The notes beneath the pieces were generated by a model, which was not told the origin of the DNA, searched no databases, and saw only the letters and a program-made list of their open reading frames with translations. Position numbers and translations under genes: made by a program. A stretch of 63,914 nt of DNA, the filler included, from Chiloscyllium plagiosum (lineage: Eukaryota): NCBI RefSeq assembly GCF_004010195.1. It is 4 parts of one record of this genome, joined end to end, with 100 filler letters (N's around TTAATTAATTAA, not from the genome) between each part and the next. Parts side by side here need not be neighbours in the genome. Positions count along the whole stretch, not along the records: positions 1 to 27,782 come from NC_057712.1; 3 more parts are not named here. The stretch is one strand, 5' to 3'. Of this stretch, positions 1 to 11,772 are shown in pieces; the first letter of the stretch is position 1; the number at the start of each line of letters is the position of its first letter.

Positions 1-1586
1 CTCAGGGACTCACTCTCCCAGACCTGCAGCAGAATGCCCCAGCACAGCACAGAACATCACTTTTCCAGACCTGCAGCAGACACCCAGTTCAGAACTTCAC
101 ATTCCCAGACCTGCATCAGAGCCTCAGCCTCCCAGGGCTTCTGCAGAGCCCCAGCTCAGGGACACACTCTCCCAGCCCTGCAGCAGAGCCCCAACTCAGG
201 GACTCACTCTCCCAGACCTGCAGCAGAATGCCCCAGCACAGCACAGAACATCACTTTTCCAGACCTGCAGCAGACACCCAGTTCAGAACTTCACATTCCC
301 AGACCTGCATCAGAGCCTCAGCCTCCCAGGGCTTCTGCAGAGCCCCAGCTCAGGGACACACTCTCCCAGCCCTGCAGCAGAGCCCCAACTCAGGGACTCA
401 CTCTCCCAGACCTGCAGCAGAATGCCCCAGCACAGCACAGAACATCACTTTTCCAGACCTGCAGCAGACACCCAGTTCAGAACTTCACATTCCCAGACCT
501 GCATCAGAGCCTCAGCCTCCCAGGGCTTCTGCAGAGCCCCAGCTCAGGGACACACTCTCCCAGCCCTGCAGCAGAGCCCCAACTCAGGGACTCACTCTCC
601 CAGACCTGCTGCAGACCACAGCTCAGAGCCTCCCTCTCCCAGACCTGCAGCAAAGCTCCAGCTCAGAGCCTCACTGTCCCAGACCTGCCGCAGAGACCCA
701 GTTCAGAGACACTCTCTCAGACCTGCAGCAGAGACCCAGCTCAGAGCCTCAGTCTCCCAGATCTGCAGCATACCCCCAACTCAGAGCATCACTCTCCCAG
801 ACCTGCAGCAGAGCCCCAGCTTCGAGACTCACACTCCCAGACCTGCAACAGAGCCTCAGCTCAGAGCCTCAGTCTCCCAGGCCTGCAGCAGAGCCCCACC
901 TCAGGGACTCACTCTCCCAGACCTGCAGCACAGCCCCAGCTCAGAGCCTCACTCTCCCAGACCTGCAGCAGACCCCCAGCTCAGAGCCTCACTCTCCCAG
1001 ACCTGCAACAGAGCCTCAGCTCAGAGCCTCAGTCTCCCAGGCCTGCAGCAGAGCCCCACCTCAGGGACTCACTCTCCCAGACCTGCAGCAGATCCCCAGC
1101 TCAGCGACTCATCTCCCAGACCTGCAACAGAGACCCAGCTCAGAGCTTCACTCTCCCAGACCTGCAGCAGAGCCCCACCTTAGGGACTCACTCTTCCAGA
1201 CCAGCAGCAAAGCTCCAGCTCAGAGTCTCACTCTCCCAGACCTGCAGCAGATCACTCTCCCAGACCTGCAGCCAAGCCCCAGCTCAGACCCTCACTCCCC
1301 CAGACCTGCAGGAGAGACCCAACTCAGAGCCTCAGTCTCCCAGACCTGCAGCAGAGACCCAGCTCAGAGCCTCACTCTCCCAGACCTGCAGCAGAGATCA
1401 AGCACAGAACCGAATTCTCCCAGACCTGCAGCAGGGACGCAACTCAGTGTCTCAGTCTCCCAGTCCTGCAGCAAAGTCCCAGCTCAGACCCTCAGTCTCC
1501 CAGACCTGCAGCAGAATGCCCCAGCACAGCACAGAGCATCACTTTCCCAGACCTGCAGCAGACCCCCAGTTCAGAACCTCACGTTC
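1..1586. repeat. 40-bp minisatellite, left arm, starting with a 194-bp higher-order repeat x3
   Basis: Unit ~CCCAGCTCAGAGCCTCACTCTCCCAGACCTGCAGCAGAGA repeats in tandem. Identical ORF starts at 34, 228 and 422 show a 194-bp period. Confidence 0.97.
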
Positions 1587-2622
1587 TGAAGGGTAGGTCT
1601 TGCCTTACAAGTCTTATTGAATTCTTTGAGGAGGTGACCAAGCATGTGGATGAGGGTAGAGCAGTGGATGTAGTATACATGGATTTTAGTAAGGCATTTG
1701 ATAAGGTTCCCCATGGTCGGCTTATGCGGAATGTCAGGAGGCATGGGATAGAGAGAAATTTGGCCAATTGGATAGANNNNNNNNNNNNNNNNNNNNNNNN
1801 NNNNNNNNNNNNNNNNNNNNNNNNNNNNNNNNNNNNNNNNNNNNNNNNNNNNNNNNNNNNNNNNNNNNNNNNNNNNNNNNNNNNNNNNNNNNNNNNNNNN
1901 NNNNNNNNNNNNNNNNNNNNNNNNNNNNNNNNNNNNNNNNNNNNNNNNNNNNNNNNNNNNNNNNNNNNNNNNNNNNNNNNNNNNNNNNNNNNNNNNNNNN
2001 NNNNNNNNNNNNNNNNNNNNNNNNNNNNNNNNNNNNNNNNNNNNNNNNNNNNNNNNNNNNNNNNNNNNNNNNNNNNNNNNNNNNNNNNNNNNNNNNNNNN
2101 NNNNNNNNNNNNNNNNNNNNNNNNNNNNNNNNNNNNNNNNNNNNNNNNNNNNNNNNNNNNNNNNNNNNNNNNNNNNNNNNNNNNNNNNNNNNNNNNNNNN
2201 NNNNNNNNNNNNNNNNNNNNNNNNNNNNNNNNNNNNNNNNNNNNNNNNNNNNNNNNNNNNNNNNNNNNNNNNNNNNNNNNNNNNNNNNNNNNNNNNNNNN
2301 NNNNNNNNNNNNNNNNNNNNNNNNNNNNNNNNNNNNNNNTTTTCCCCGGGTGCAACAGAGTTTTACAAGGGGACATAAATTTAAGGTGAAGGGTGGAAGG
2401 TATAGGGGAGATGTCAGGGGTGGGTTCTTTACCCAGAGAGTGGTGGGGGCATGGAATGCGCTGTCTGTGGGAGTGGTAGAGTCAGAATTTTTGGTGACCT
2501 TTAAGCGGCAATTGGATAGGTACATGGATGGGTGCTTAAGCTAGGACAAATGTTCGGCACAACATCGTGGGCCGAAGGGCCTGTTCTGTGCTGTATTGTT
2601 CTATGTTCTATGTTCTATGTTC
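1587..2622 (+). mobile_element. 5'-truncated CR1 LINE (RT region to 3' tail, internal N gap) inserted in the minisatellite
   Basis: Peptides TKHVDEGRAVDVVYMDFSKAFDKVPHGRL and TRGHKFKV..RGGFFTQRVVGAWNAL; (CTATGTT)n tail; GTTC on both sides. Confidence 0.93.
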
Positions 2623-5600
2623 CCAGACCTGCAGCAGATCCCCAGCTCAGAGCCTCACTCTCCCAGACCTGCAGCAGAGCCCCAGCTCAGGGACTCACTC
2701 TCCCAGACCTGCAGCAGATCCCCAGCTCAGAGCCTCACTCTCCTAGAGGTGCAGCAGAGCCCCAGCTCAGGGAGTCACTCTCCCAGACCTGCATCAGATC
2801 CTCAGCTCAGAGCCTTTGTCTCCCAGACCTGCAGCAGAGCCCCAGCTCAGAGACTCATTCTCCCAGACCTGCAGCAGACGCCCAGCTCAGAGCCTCACTC
2901 TCCCTGACCTGCAGCAGATCCCCAGCTCAGAGACTCACTTACCCAGAACTGCAGCAGATTGTCCCAGCTCAGGGATTCATCTCCCAGACCTGCAGCAGAG
3001 ACCCAGCTCAGAGACTCACTCTCCCAGACTGCAACAGAGAGCCAGCTCAGAGCCTCAGTCTCCCAGACCTGCAGCAGACCCCAAGCTCAGAGCCTCACTC
3101 GCCCACACCTACAGCAGAGACCCAGCTCAGAGCCTGACTCTCCCAGACCTGCAGCAGAGATCAAGCTCAGAGTCTTACTCTCCCAGACCTGCAGCAGGGA
3201 CGCAACTCATTGTCTCAGTCTCCCATACCGTCAGCAAAGACCCAGCTCAGACCCTCAGTCTCCCAGACTTGCAGCAGAATGCCCCAGCACAGCATAGAGC
3301 ATCACTTTCCCAGAACTGCAGCAGAGACCCAGCTCAGAGCCTCACCCTCCCAGACCTGCATCAGAGAACCAGCTCAGAGCCTCAGTCTCCCAGACCTGCA
3401 GCAGAGTCCCAGCTCAGAGCCTCACTCTCCCAGACCTGCAGCCAGGCCCCAGCTCAGACCCTCACTCCCCCAGACCTGCAGCAGAGTCCCAGCTTAGAGC
3501 CTCACTCTCCCAGACCTGCAGCCAAGCCCCAGCTCAGACCCTCACTCCCCCAGACCTGCAGGAGAGACCCAGCTCAGAGACTCTCTCTCCCAGACCTGCA
3601 GCAGACTCCAAGCTCAGAGCTTCTCTCTCCCAGACCTGCAGCAGACCCCCAGCTCAGGGCCCGACTCTCCCAGACCTGCAGCAGAACCCTCAGCTCAGAG
3701 CCTCACTCTCCCAGAACTGCAGCAGAGACCCACCTCAGACCCTCACTCTCCCAGACCTGCAGCAGAGAACCAACTCAGAGCCACAGTCTCCCAGACCCGC
3801 AGCAGAGCCCCAGCTCAGAGCCTCACTCTCTCAGACTTGCAACAGAGATCAAGCTCAGAGCCTTACTCTCCCAGACCTGCAGCATATTGTCCCAGCTCAG
3901 TGTCTCAGTCTCCCAGACCTGCAGCAAAGTCCCAGCTCAAAGCCTCACTCTCCCTGACCTGCAGCAGAACCCCAGCTCTGAGCCCCAGTCTCCCTGACCT
4001 GCAGCAGACCCTCCAGCTCAGAGCTTCACTCTCCCAGACCTGCAACAGAGACCCACCTCAGACCCTCACTCTCCCAGACCTGCAGCAGGGACCCAGCTCA
4101 GTGCCTCAGTCTCCCAGAACTGCAGCAAAGACCCAGCTCAGAGCCCCACTCTCCCAGACCTGCAGCAGAATGCCCCAGCACAGCACAGAGCATCACCTTC
4201 CCAGAACTGAAGCAGACCCCCAGTTCAGAGCCTCACGTTCCCAGACCTGCAGCAGAGACGCAGCTCAGAGCCTCACACTCCCAGACCTGCAGCAGAACCC
4301 CAGCTCGAGACTCACTTACCCAGACCTGCAACAGAGACCCAGCTCAGAGACTCACCCTCCCAGACCTGCAGCAGAGCCCCAGCTCAGAGCCTCACTCTCC
4401 CAGACCTGCAGCAGATCCCCAGCTCAGAGACTCACTTATCTAGACCTGCAGCAGATTGTCCCAGCTTAGGGACTCACTCTCCCAGACCTGCAGCAGAGAC
4501 CCAGCTCAGGGACTCACTCTCCCAGACCTGCATCAGATCTTCAGCTCAGAGTGTTAGTCTCCCAGACCTGCAGCAGAGACCCAGCTCAGAGACTTAGTCA
4601 CCCAGGCCTACAGCAGATCCCCAGCTCAGAGCCTCACTCTCCCAGATCTGCAGCAGAGACCCAGCTCAGAGCCTCAATCTCCCAGACCTGCAGCAGAGAC
4701 CCAGCTCAGAGCCTCAATCTCCCAGACCTGCAGCAGAAACCCAGCTCAGAGCCTCACTCTCCCAGACCTGCAACAGAGACCCAGCGCAGAGCCTCACCCT
4801 CCCAGACCTGCAGCAGAGACCCACCTCAGACCCCCACTCTCCCAGACCTGCATCAGAGCCCCAACTCAGAGCCTAAATCTCCCAGACCATTCAGCAGAGA
4901 CCCTGCTCAGAGCCTCACTCTCCCAGACCAGCAGCAGAGACCCAGCTCAGAGCCTCACTCTCCCAGACCAGCAGCAGAGACGCATCACAGACCCTCACTC
5001 TCCCAGACCTGCAGCAGAGAGCCGACTCAGAGCCTCACTCTCCAAGACCTGCAGCAGAGACCCATTTCAGACTCTCACTCTCCCAGAACTGCAGCAAAGA
5101 CCCAGCTCAACCTGCAGCAGAGACCCGGCTCAGTGCCTCACTCTCCCAGACCTGCAGCAGAGACCCGGCTCAGTGCCTCACTCTCCCAGACCTGCAGCAG
5201 AGACCCGGCTCAGTGCCTCACTCTCCCAGACCTGCAGCAGAGACCCGGCTCAGTGCCTCACTCTCCCAGACCTGCAGCAGAGACCCAGCTCAGAGCCTCA
5301 CACTCCCAGACCTGCAGCAGAGACGCGGCTCAGTGCCTCACTCTCCCAAACCTGCAGCAGAGACCCAGCTCAGAGCCTCACACTCCCAGACCTGCAACAG
5401 AGACACGGCTCAGTGCCTCACTCTCCCAAACCTGCAGCAGAGACCCAGCTCAGCGCCTCACTCTCCCAGACCTGCAGCAGAGACCCGGCTCAGTGCCTCA
5501 CTCTCCCAGACCTGCAGCAGATTGTCCCAGCTTAGGGACTCACTCTCCCAGACCTGCATCAGATCCTCAGCTCAGAGCGTTAGTCTCCCAGACCTGCAGC

Positions 5601-6802
5601 AGAGACCCATCTCAGAGACTTAGTCACCCAGGCCTACAGCGGATCCCCAGCTCAGAGCCTCACTCTCCCAGACCTGCAGCAGAGACCCAGCTCAGAGCCT
5701 CACTCTCCCAGACCTGCAGCAGAGACCCAGCTCAGAGCCTCAATCTCCCAGACCTGCAGCAGAGACCCAGCTCAGAACCTCAATCTCCCAGACCTGCAGC
5801 AGAAACCCAGCTCAGAGCCTCACTCTCCCAGACCTGCAGCAGAGACCCACCTCAGACCCCCACTCTCCCAGACCTGCAGCAGAGCCCCAACTCAGAGCCT
5901 AAATCTCCCAGACCATTCAGCAGAGACCCTGCTCAGAGCCTCACTCTCCCAGACCAGCAGCAGAGACCCAGCTCAGAGCCTCACTCTCCCAGACCTGCAG
6001 CAGAGACCCATCTCAGACCCTCACTCTCCCAGACCTGCAGCAGAGAGCCGACTCAGAGGCTCACTCTCCAAGACCTGCAGCAGAGACCCATCTCAGACTC
6101 TCACTCTCCCAGAACTGCAGCAAAGACCCAGCTCAGGGCCTGACTCTCCCAGATCTGCAGCAGACCCCCCAGCTCAGAACCTCACTCTCCAGGATCTGCA
6201 GCAGATACCGAGCTCAGAACCCTAATCTCACAGACCAGCAGCAGAGACCCTACTCAGAGCCTCACTCTCCCAGACCTACAGCAGAGACCCATCTCAGACC
6301 CTCACTCTCCCAGACCTGCAGCAGAGACCCAGCTCAGAGCCCCACTCTCCCAGACCTGCAGCAGATCCCCAGCTCAGAGACTCACTTATCCAGACCTGCA
6401 GCAGAGCCCCACCTCAGGGACTCACTCTCCCAGACCTGCAGCAGACCCCCAGCTCAGGGCCTCACTCTCCCAGACCTGCAGCAGACCCCCAGCTCAGGGC
6501 CTCACTCTCCCAGACCTGCAGCAGACCCCCAGCTAAGAGCCTCACTCTCCCAGACCTGCAGCAGATCCCCAGCTCAGAGACTCACTTACCCAGACCTGCA
6601 GAAGATTGTCCCAGCTCAGAGCCTCACTCTCCCAGACCTGCAACAGAGACCCAGCTCAGAGCCACACTCTCCCAGAACTGCAGCAGACCCCCAGCTCAAA
6701 GCCTCACTCTCCCTGACCTGCAGCAGACCCTACAGCTCTGAGCCCCACTCTCCCAAACCTGCAGCAGAGACTCAGCTCAGAGCCTCACTCTCCCAGACCT
6801 GT
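2623..6802. repeat. 40-bp minisatellite, right arm
   Basis: Roughly 100 tandem variants of the same unit, with duplicated blocks of variants. Confidence 0.97.
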
Positions 6803-6809
6803 AGCGGAC

Positions 6810-9800
6810 CTCAGCTTTTTTACATTCTCAGAAGAATTCATATGCTCATGCACTTTTTTCTCCGTCACATCAGACATGGAAGAACGCAAGTTAAACAAAC
6901 ATTCACCTGCTTCCCTCAATACATGGATTTCCTCAAATCTTCTAGATCCTTCTCCTGGCCTCTGGATCCACCCAGACACCATTAGCCATGTGGCCGCTCC
7001 TTCGATGACCGCCGGGGCGGTCGATGACATCACTTCCATCCCTGAAGCCACCGCACAGACCGCAGCCACTGCCGACCACACCATTCCCGCCATCGCTGTC
7101 CACCCAACCACCTCCACGACTGCCGTGGAGGCTCCCGCTGCAGAATCACTGCTGCTGCTAGTTTCCTCGTCCCCAGCAGACACAATACCTATCTTGTACG
7201 TCACATCCATCCCCGAAGTTCCCACCGCAGCCACTTCCACCTTGAAGGACATCACTCTCCTTGACACTGAAGCCTTGATCTCTGATGTCACTTCCACCAC
7301 CAATGATGTCATCCGCCAAGAACCAAATTGAAACCTTGGCTACGTCGCTCGTGATGTCATTTCTGCCCCTGTGGACACAGCTGTAAGCCCCAATTGTGCC
7401 CCCTTTGTGAGCGTCACTTCCGTTGGTGATGTCACTCCTGACCCTGTAGTCACACCCACAAGCAACTGTCTCTGCCCCCCCGCCAGCTCCACACCCCCCC
7501 ATCCCCCACCTCCAGGTCCTAGCTCCCATCCCTGCCGTGTGTTCACCATTACCCCAAACCTCCCGCTCACAGAGGACAAACGATCAGACCTCAGCAAAGG
7601 CCTCGCCTTCATCCCTCTACGTTCCCAGATTAATGAGATCGACACACGCTGCAACCTTGAACGTTTCTTCCGCCGCCTCCACCTCCGTGCCCACTTTCTC
7701 AACCAAGACACCCGCCTACCCACCGAGGACCCCTTCGCCCACCTGCAACACACTCAATCCACCTGGACACCCCGTGCTGGCCTGTTACCTGCCCTTGACC
7801 TCTTCATTTCAATCTGTCACCGTGACATCGACTGCCTCAACCTGCCCAACCGTCTCATAAATTCCAACCTTCCGCCTCCCAACGTGCAGCCCTCCACTCT
7901 CTCCGTTCCAACCACAACCTCATCATGATACACGCAGACACAGGGAGCGCAGTAGTAGTGTGGCACACCGACCTCTACACTGCTGAAGCCAGGTGCCAAC
8001 TCGCAGGCACCTCCTACTACTGCCCCCTTGATCACAACCCCACCTCCCATCATCCAGCCATCATCTTCCAGATTAACCACAATCTCATCGCCCCTGCGGA
8101 TTGCTCACCCACAGCCTCCAATCTCATTGTCCGTGAACCCAGCAATGCCCGATTCTACCTCCTACTGAAGATTCACAAACCTGACTGCCCCAGTTGACTC
8201 ATTGTCTCAGCCTGCGCCTGTCCCACTGAACTCATCGCTGCCTACCTTAACACCGTCCTGTCCCCCTTAGTCCAGTACTCCCCACCTACGTTCGTGACAC
8301 CACCTACGCACTTCCCTTCCTCCAAGATTTTCATTACCCTGGCCCCCAATGCCTCATCTTTACCGTGGACACCAAATCCCTGCACACATCAATCCGCCAC
8401 TCCAAATGTCGCCAAACCCTCCGTTTCTTCCTCTCAGTACCAGTACCCTTCCACTGACACCTTCATCCGCCTGGCTGAACTGGTCCTTACCCTCAACAAC
8501 TTCTCTTTCCAATCCTCCCACTTCATCCAAACCAAAGGGGTAGCCGTGGGCACCCGTACTGGACCCAGCTATGCCAACCTGTTTGTCGGGTGCGTGGAAC
8601 AGTCCACCTTCCGCACTTACACCAGCACCACACCCCACCGCTACATCGATGACTGTATTGGCCCACCTCATGCTCCCACAAGGAGGTTGAACAGTTCATC
8701 AACTTTACCAACGCCTTCCACCTCAACCTCAAATTCACCTGGACCATCTCGGACACCTCCCTTCACTTCCTGGACCTCTCCATCACTGCCTCCAGCGACC
8801 AACGAACCACAGACATCCCACAGCTACCTAGACTGCACCTCCTCCCACCCTAAATTCCATAACAACGCCATCCCTTATTCCCAATTCCTCTGCCTCCACC
8901 GCATCTGTTCCCGGAATGACCAATTCCACCTCAGAAAGTCCCAGATGACCTCTTTCTTCCATGATCACAATTTCCCTTCCCAAGTGGTTGGCGATGCCCT
9001 CCAACGTATCTCCTCCACTTCACGCACCACCGCCCTTGAACCCCATCCCTCCCAACGCAACAAGAACAGAATCCCCCGGTCCTCACCTTCTACCCCACCA
9101 ACCTCCGCATACATCGCGTCATCCTCTGCCACTTCCGCAACCTCCAAAGGACCCCACCACCAAATACATATTCCCCTCCCTTCACCTATTCTGGAGAGAC
9201 CATTCCTTCCGCGACTCCCTCATCAGATCCACGTTCCCGACTAGCCCACCTTCCCGACTGTCACTTTTCCCTGCCATAGCAGGAAGTGCAAAACCTGCGC
9301 CCACGCCACTCCTCTCACCTCTGTCCAAGGCCCCAAGGGATTCTTCCACATGCATCAGAAATTTACCTGTACCTCCACCAAAGGCATCTACTGCATCCGT
9401 TGCAACTGATGTGACCGCCTCTACATTGGGGAGACAGAATGCCTTCTTGTGGATCATTTCAGAGAACAGCTCTGGGACACACGCACCCACCAACCCCTCA
9501 GCCCCGTGGCTGAACACTTCAACTCCCTCTCCCACTCCATCAAGGATGTGCAGGTCCTGGGCCTCCTCCACTGCCAAACGATTACCACCCGACGCCTGGA
9601 GGAAGAACGCCTCATATTCCACCTTGGGACCTTGCAACCACATGGGATAAATGTGGATTTCAATAGCTTCCACATTTCCCTTCCCTCCACATTATCCCCA
9701 TCCCAAGTCTCCAACTCGGCACCGCCCTCTGGACCAGTCCATCACTCCCTTTTCTGACCTATCACCTTCTCCCTCACCTTCATCCTCCTATCGCTTTCTG

Positions 9801-9870
9801 AGCTACCTTCCTCCCCCAATCCCAACCCCTCCCATTTATCTTTCAGCCTCGGCCCACAAGCCTCATTTCT
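6810..9870 (+). mobile_element. Degenerate Penelope-like element (RT + GIY-YIG endonuclease)
   Basis: Motifs LSKGLAFIP, ARFYLLLKIHKPDCP, LTLNNFSF..QTKGVAVGTRTGPSYANLFVG, RYIDD and IPYSQFL; GIY-YIG IYCIRC..LYIGET at ~9385-9435; C-terminal RRLEEERLIFHLGTLQPHGINVDF. Contains frameshifts and stops. Confidence 0.92.
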
Positions 9871-10339
9871 GGCTAAAGATTTCAATGGATAATTCACAAG
9901 CTCCCTTAAAGCCTGCAAAATAATCCATTAAAGTTAGAGAACTTGGAGGATTCCAATGTTGTTAACTCAATAGTTAGCCAGGGAAAGTTAGAGGGTTACA
10001 AACCTATCCGAACTCCTGAGTAACTGTTAAACTGAATTCAACCCACCTATATCTCCCACCGATCTCTTTAAACCCCTGGATCTCTGTCTGCCTGATCCCC
10101 TTCACTAGTAGCTAACATTTCCCCCCCACTAGTCTGTCTCCCTTGGACCTACCAAGGCCTCTATTCTCCCCGAATCAAAGTTACACCGCCCACCACATTA
10201 CCTTCCAAACTGCCGGCCTGACGTTTTCCACTCCAACAAGCCCTATCCCAATGACAACTGTCTTCATTGGATCTGACATTGCCTCTGTCCACCAGCTGAT
10301 ACAATCCCTCTTTCCTCAGATGACTCCATCACCTTCCTG

Positions 10340-10800
10340 CCGCTAAACCTGACCCCTAAGTGAATACATTTTAATTTGATCAAGGATGGAACTAGGTTCT
10401 CCAACCCTGATTGCAAGTTTTGGGCTATTGATATACATTGTAAAAAGTTGAGGGCCCAGCACAAATCCTCATGAGGCCTCACTCATCGCATGCTCCTAAT
10501 GAGAAATAGACTCATTTATGCATCTACTCTATTTCCTGCCAACCTTCCATCCATGCTAAACTCCCCACAATAACTTCTTATGCAACACGTCATCAAATGC
10601 TTTCTAGAAATCTAGAACAATCTCTCCTTTATCCACTTCATGAAAAACTCCAATAAATTGGTTAAACACAATGTCCTTTTCACAAAATTATGCTACTTCC
10701 TCCCAAGTACTGAGTGCCCAACTATATCCTCCTGAATGATCGTTTAAAACAACTTTCCCACAGGCATACTTGCGCTAAAGGGACTGTAGTGGTTCAAGAA
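10340..10800 (-). mobile_element. Old CR1 LINE RT fragment
   Basis: Degenerate match to the AFDKV / GSVLGP region of the better-preserved CR1 copies. Confidence 0.55.
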
Positions 10801-10899
10801 GGCTACTTCCCACCAGTTTCTCAGGGACAAATAAGGAGGAGCACAGTCACATCTCCATTCCCTGAAAGAATAAATAAATATTAACCCCATTCCTCCAAC

Positions 10900-11772
10900 A
10901 GCCAATATCTGATGCTGAATAAGACTGTTTGCAACCTTGCTAGTGTATTTGACGCTGAGGTGCACTTTTGACCACATGTTCATGCCATTACCAAGAATGC
11001 CAATTTCTACCTCTGCCTCAGAGAATCTGCCAGTCATGAGTCACGCCCATCCTTCTTTACCTCTGGACTTAAACACACCAGAACATTCATTGTCAGATTT
11101 TCATCTTGCACTCTTCATAAAGTAAAGGTCATCATTTTCTTCTAAAAGTCTAGTTCCTATGTCCTAGCTCACATAAAATTCCCTTCATCCATCACCACTC
11201 TGTTCAATGACCTACATTAGCTCCCAATTAAACAATGTCTGGACTTCACAATCCTCATCATTCCTTTATAGATATCTAATCTCTTCCAAACCCTGAACCC
11301 TTTCAGTGTTGGAATTGCTATGCTCTGTTGACGGGATGCATTGGTTTGCAAAGTAGAATATGTCCATAGTATGGGTTCCTTCACCAGCTGATGTGACCAT
11401 GAGGGGTCTCTTTCTCAATCTCTTCTTTTGCCTGAGGCAATGTTAAACCACCACTTGTCCTCTTTAATGAATGCAGCAGTCCTTTGGTCCAGTAAGACAT
11501 CTTTAACTTATTTTAAAGCTGGCCTCTTGTGCACATCAAATCTTGAAAGATCTATATCAGTAGCTGTCCTTTCAGCTGCTAAGGCTCTAACTTCTCGATT
11601 TCCTCCTAAACTTCTCACTCTCCCTCTCTTTCCTCCTTCAATATGCTGTTTAAAGCCAACTTTTTGATGAAGCTTTTTGTCATCTGTACAAATAACTTGT
11701 TATGTGGCTTAGTTTCAAATTTTTGTTTCATAACACTTCTTTTATGCACTTTATGAATACAAGCTGTTGTTG
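10900..11772 (+). mobile_element. Old L2-clade LINE 3' part
   Basis: Degenerate NLGVIFD..F..H..ITK..FYL and HITP.L..LHWLP signatures; tail ...TACAAGCTGTTGTTG. Confidence 0.65.

Noticed and set aside
34..6143. Long Pro/Gln/Ser-rich ORFs (up to 530 aa)
   Set aside because: The 40-bp unit has no plus-strand stop, so all three frames stay open and cycle through the same peptides. Indels do not preserve frame.
1..6802. CRISPR-like array
   Set aside because: The units are contiguous with no unique spacers, there are no cas genes, and the context is vertebrate.
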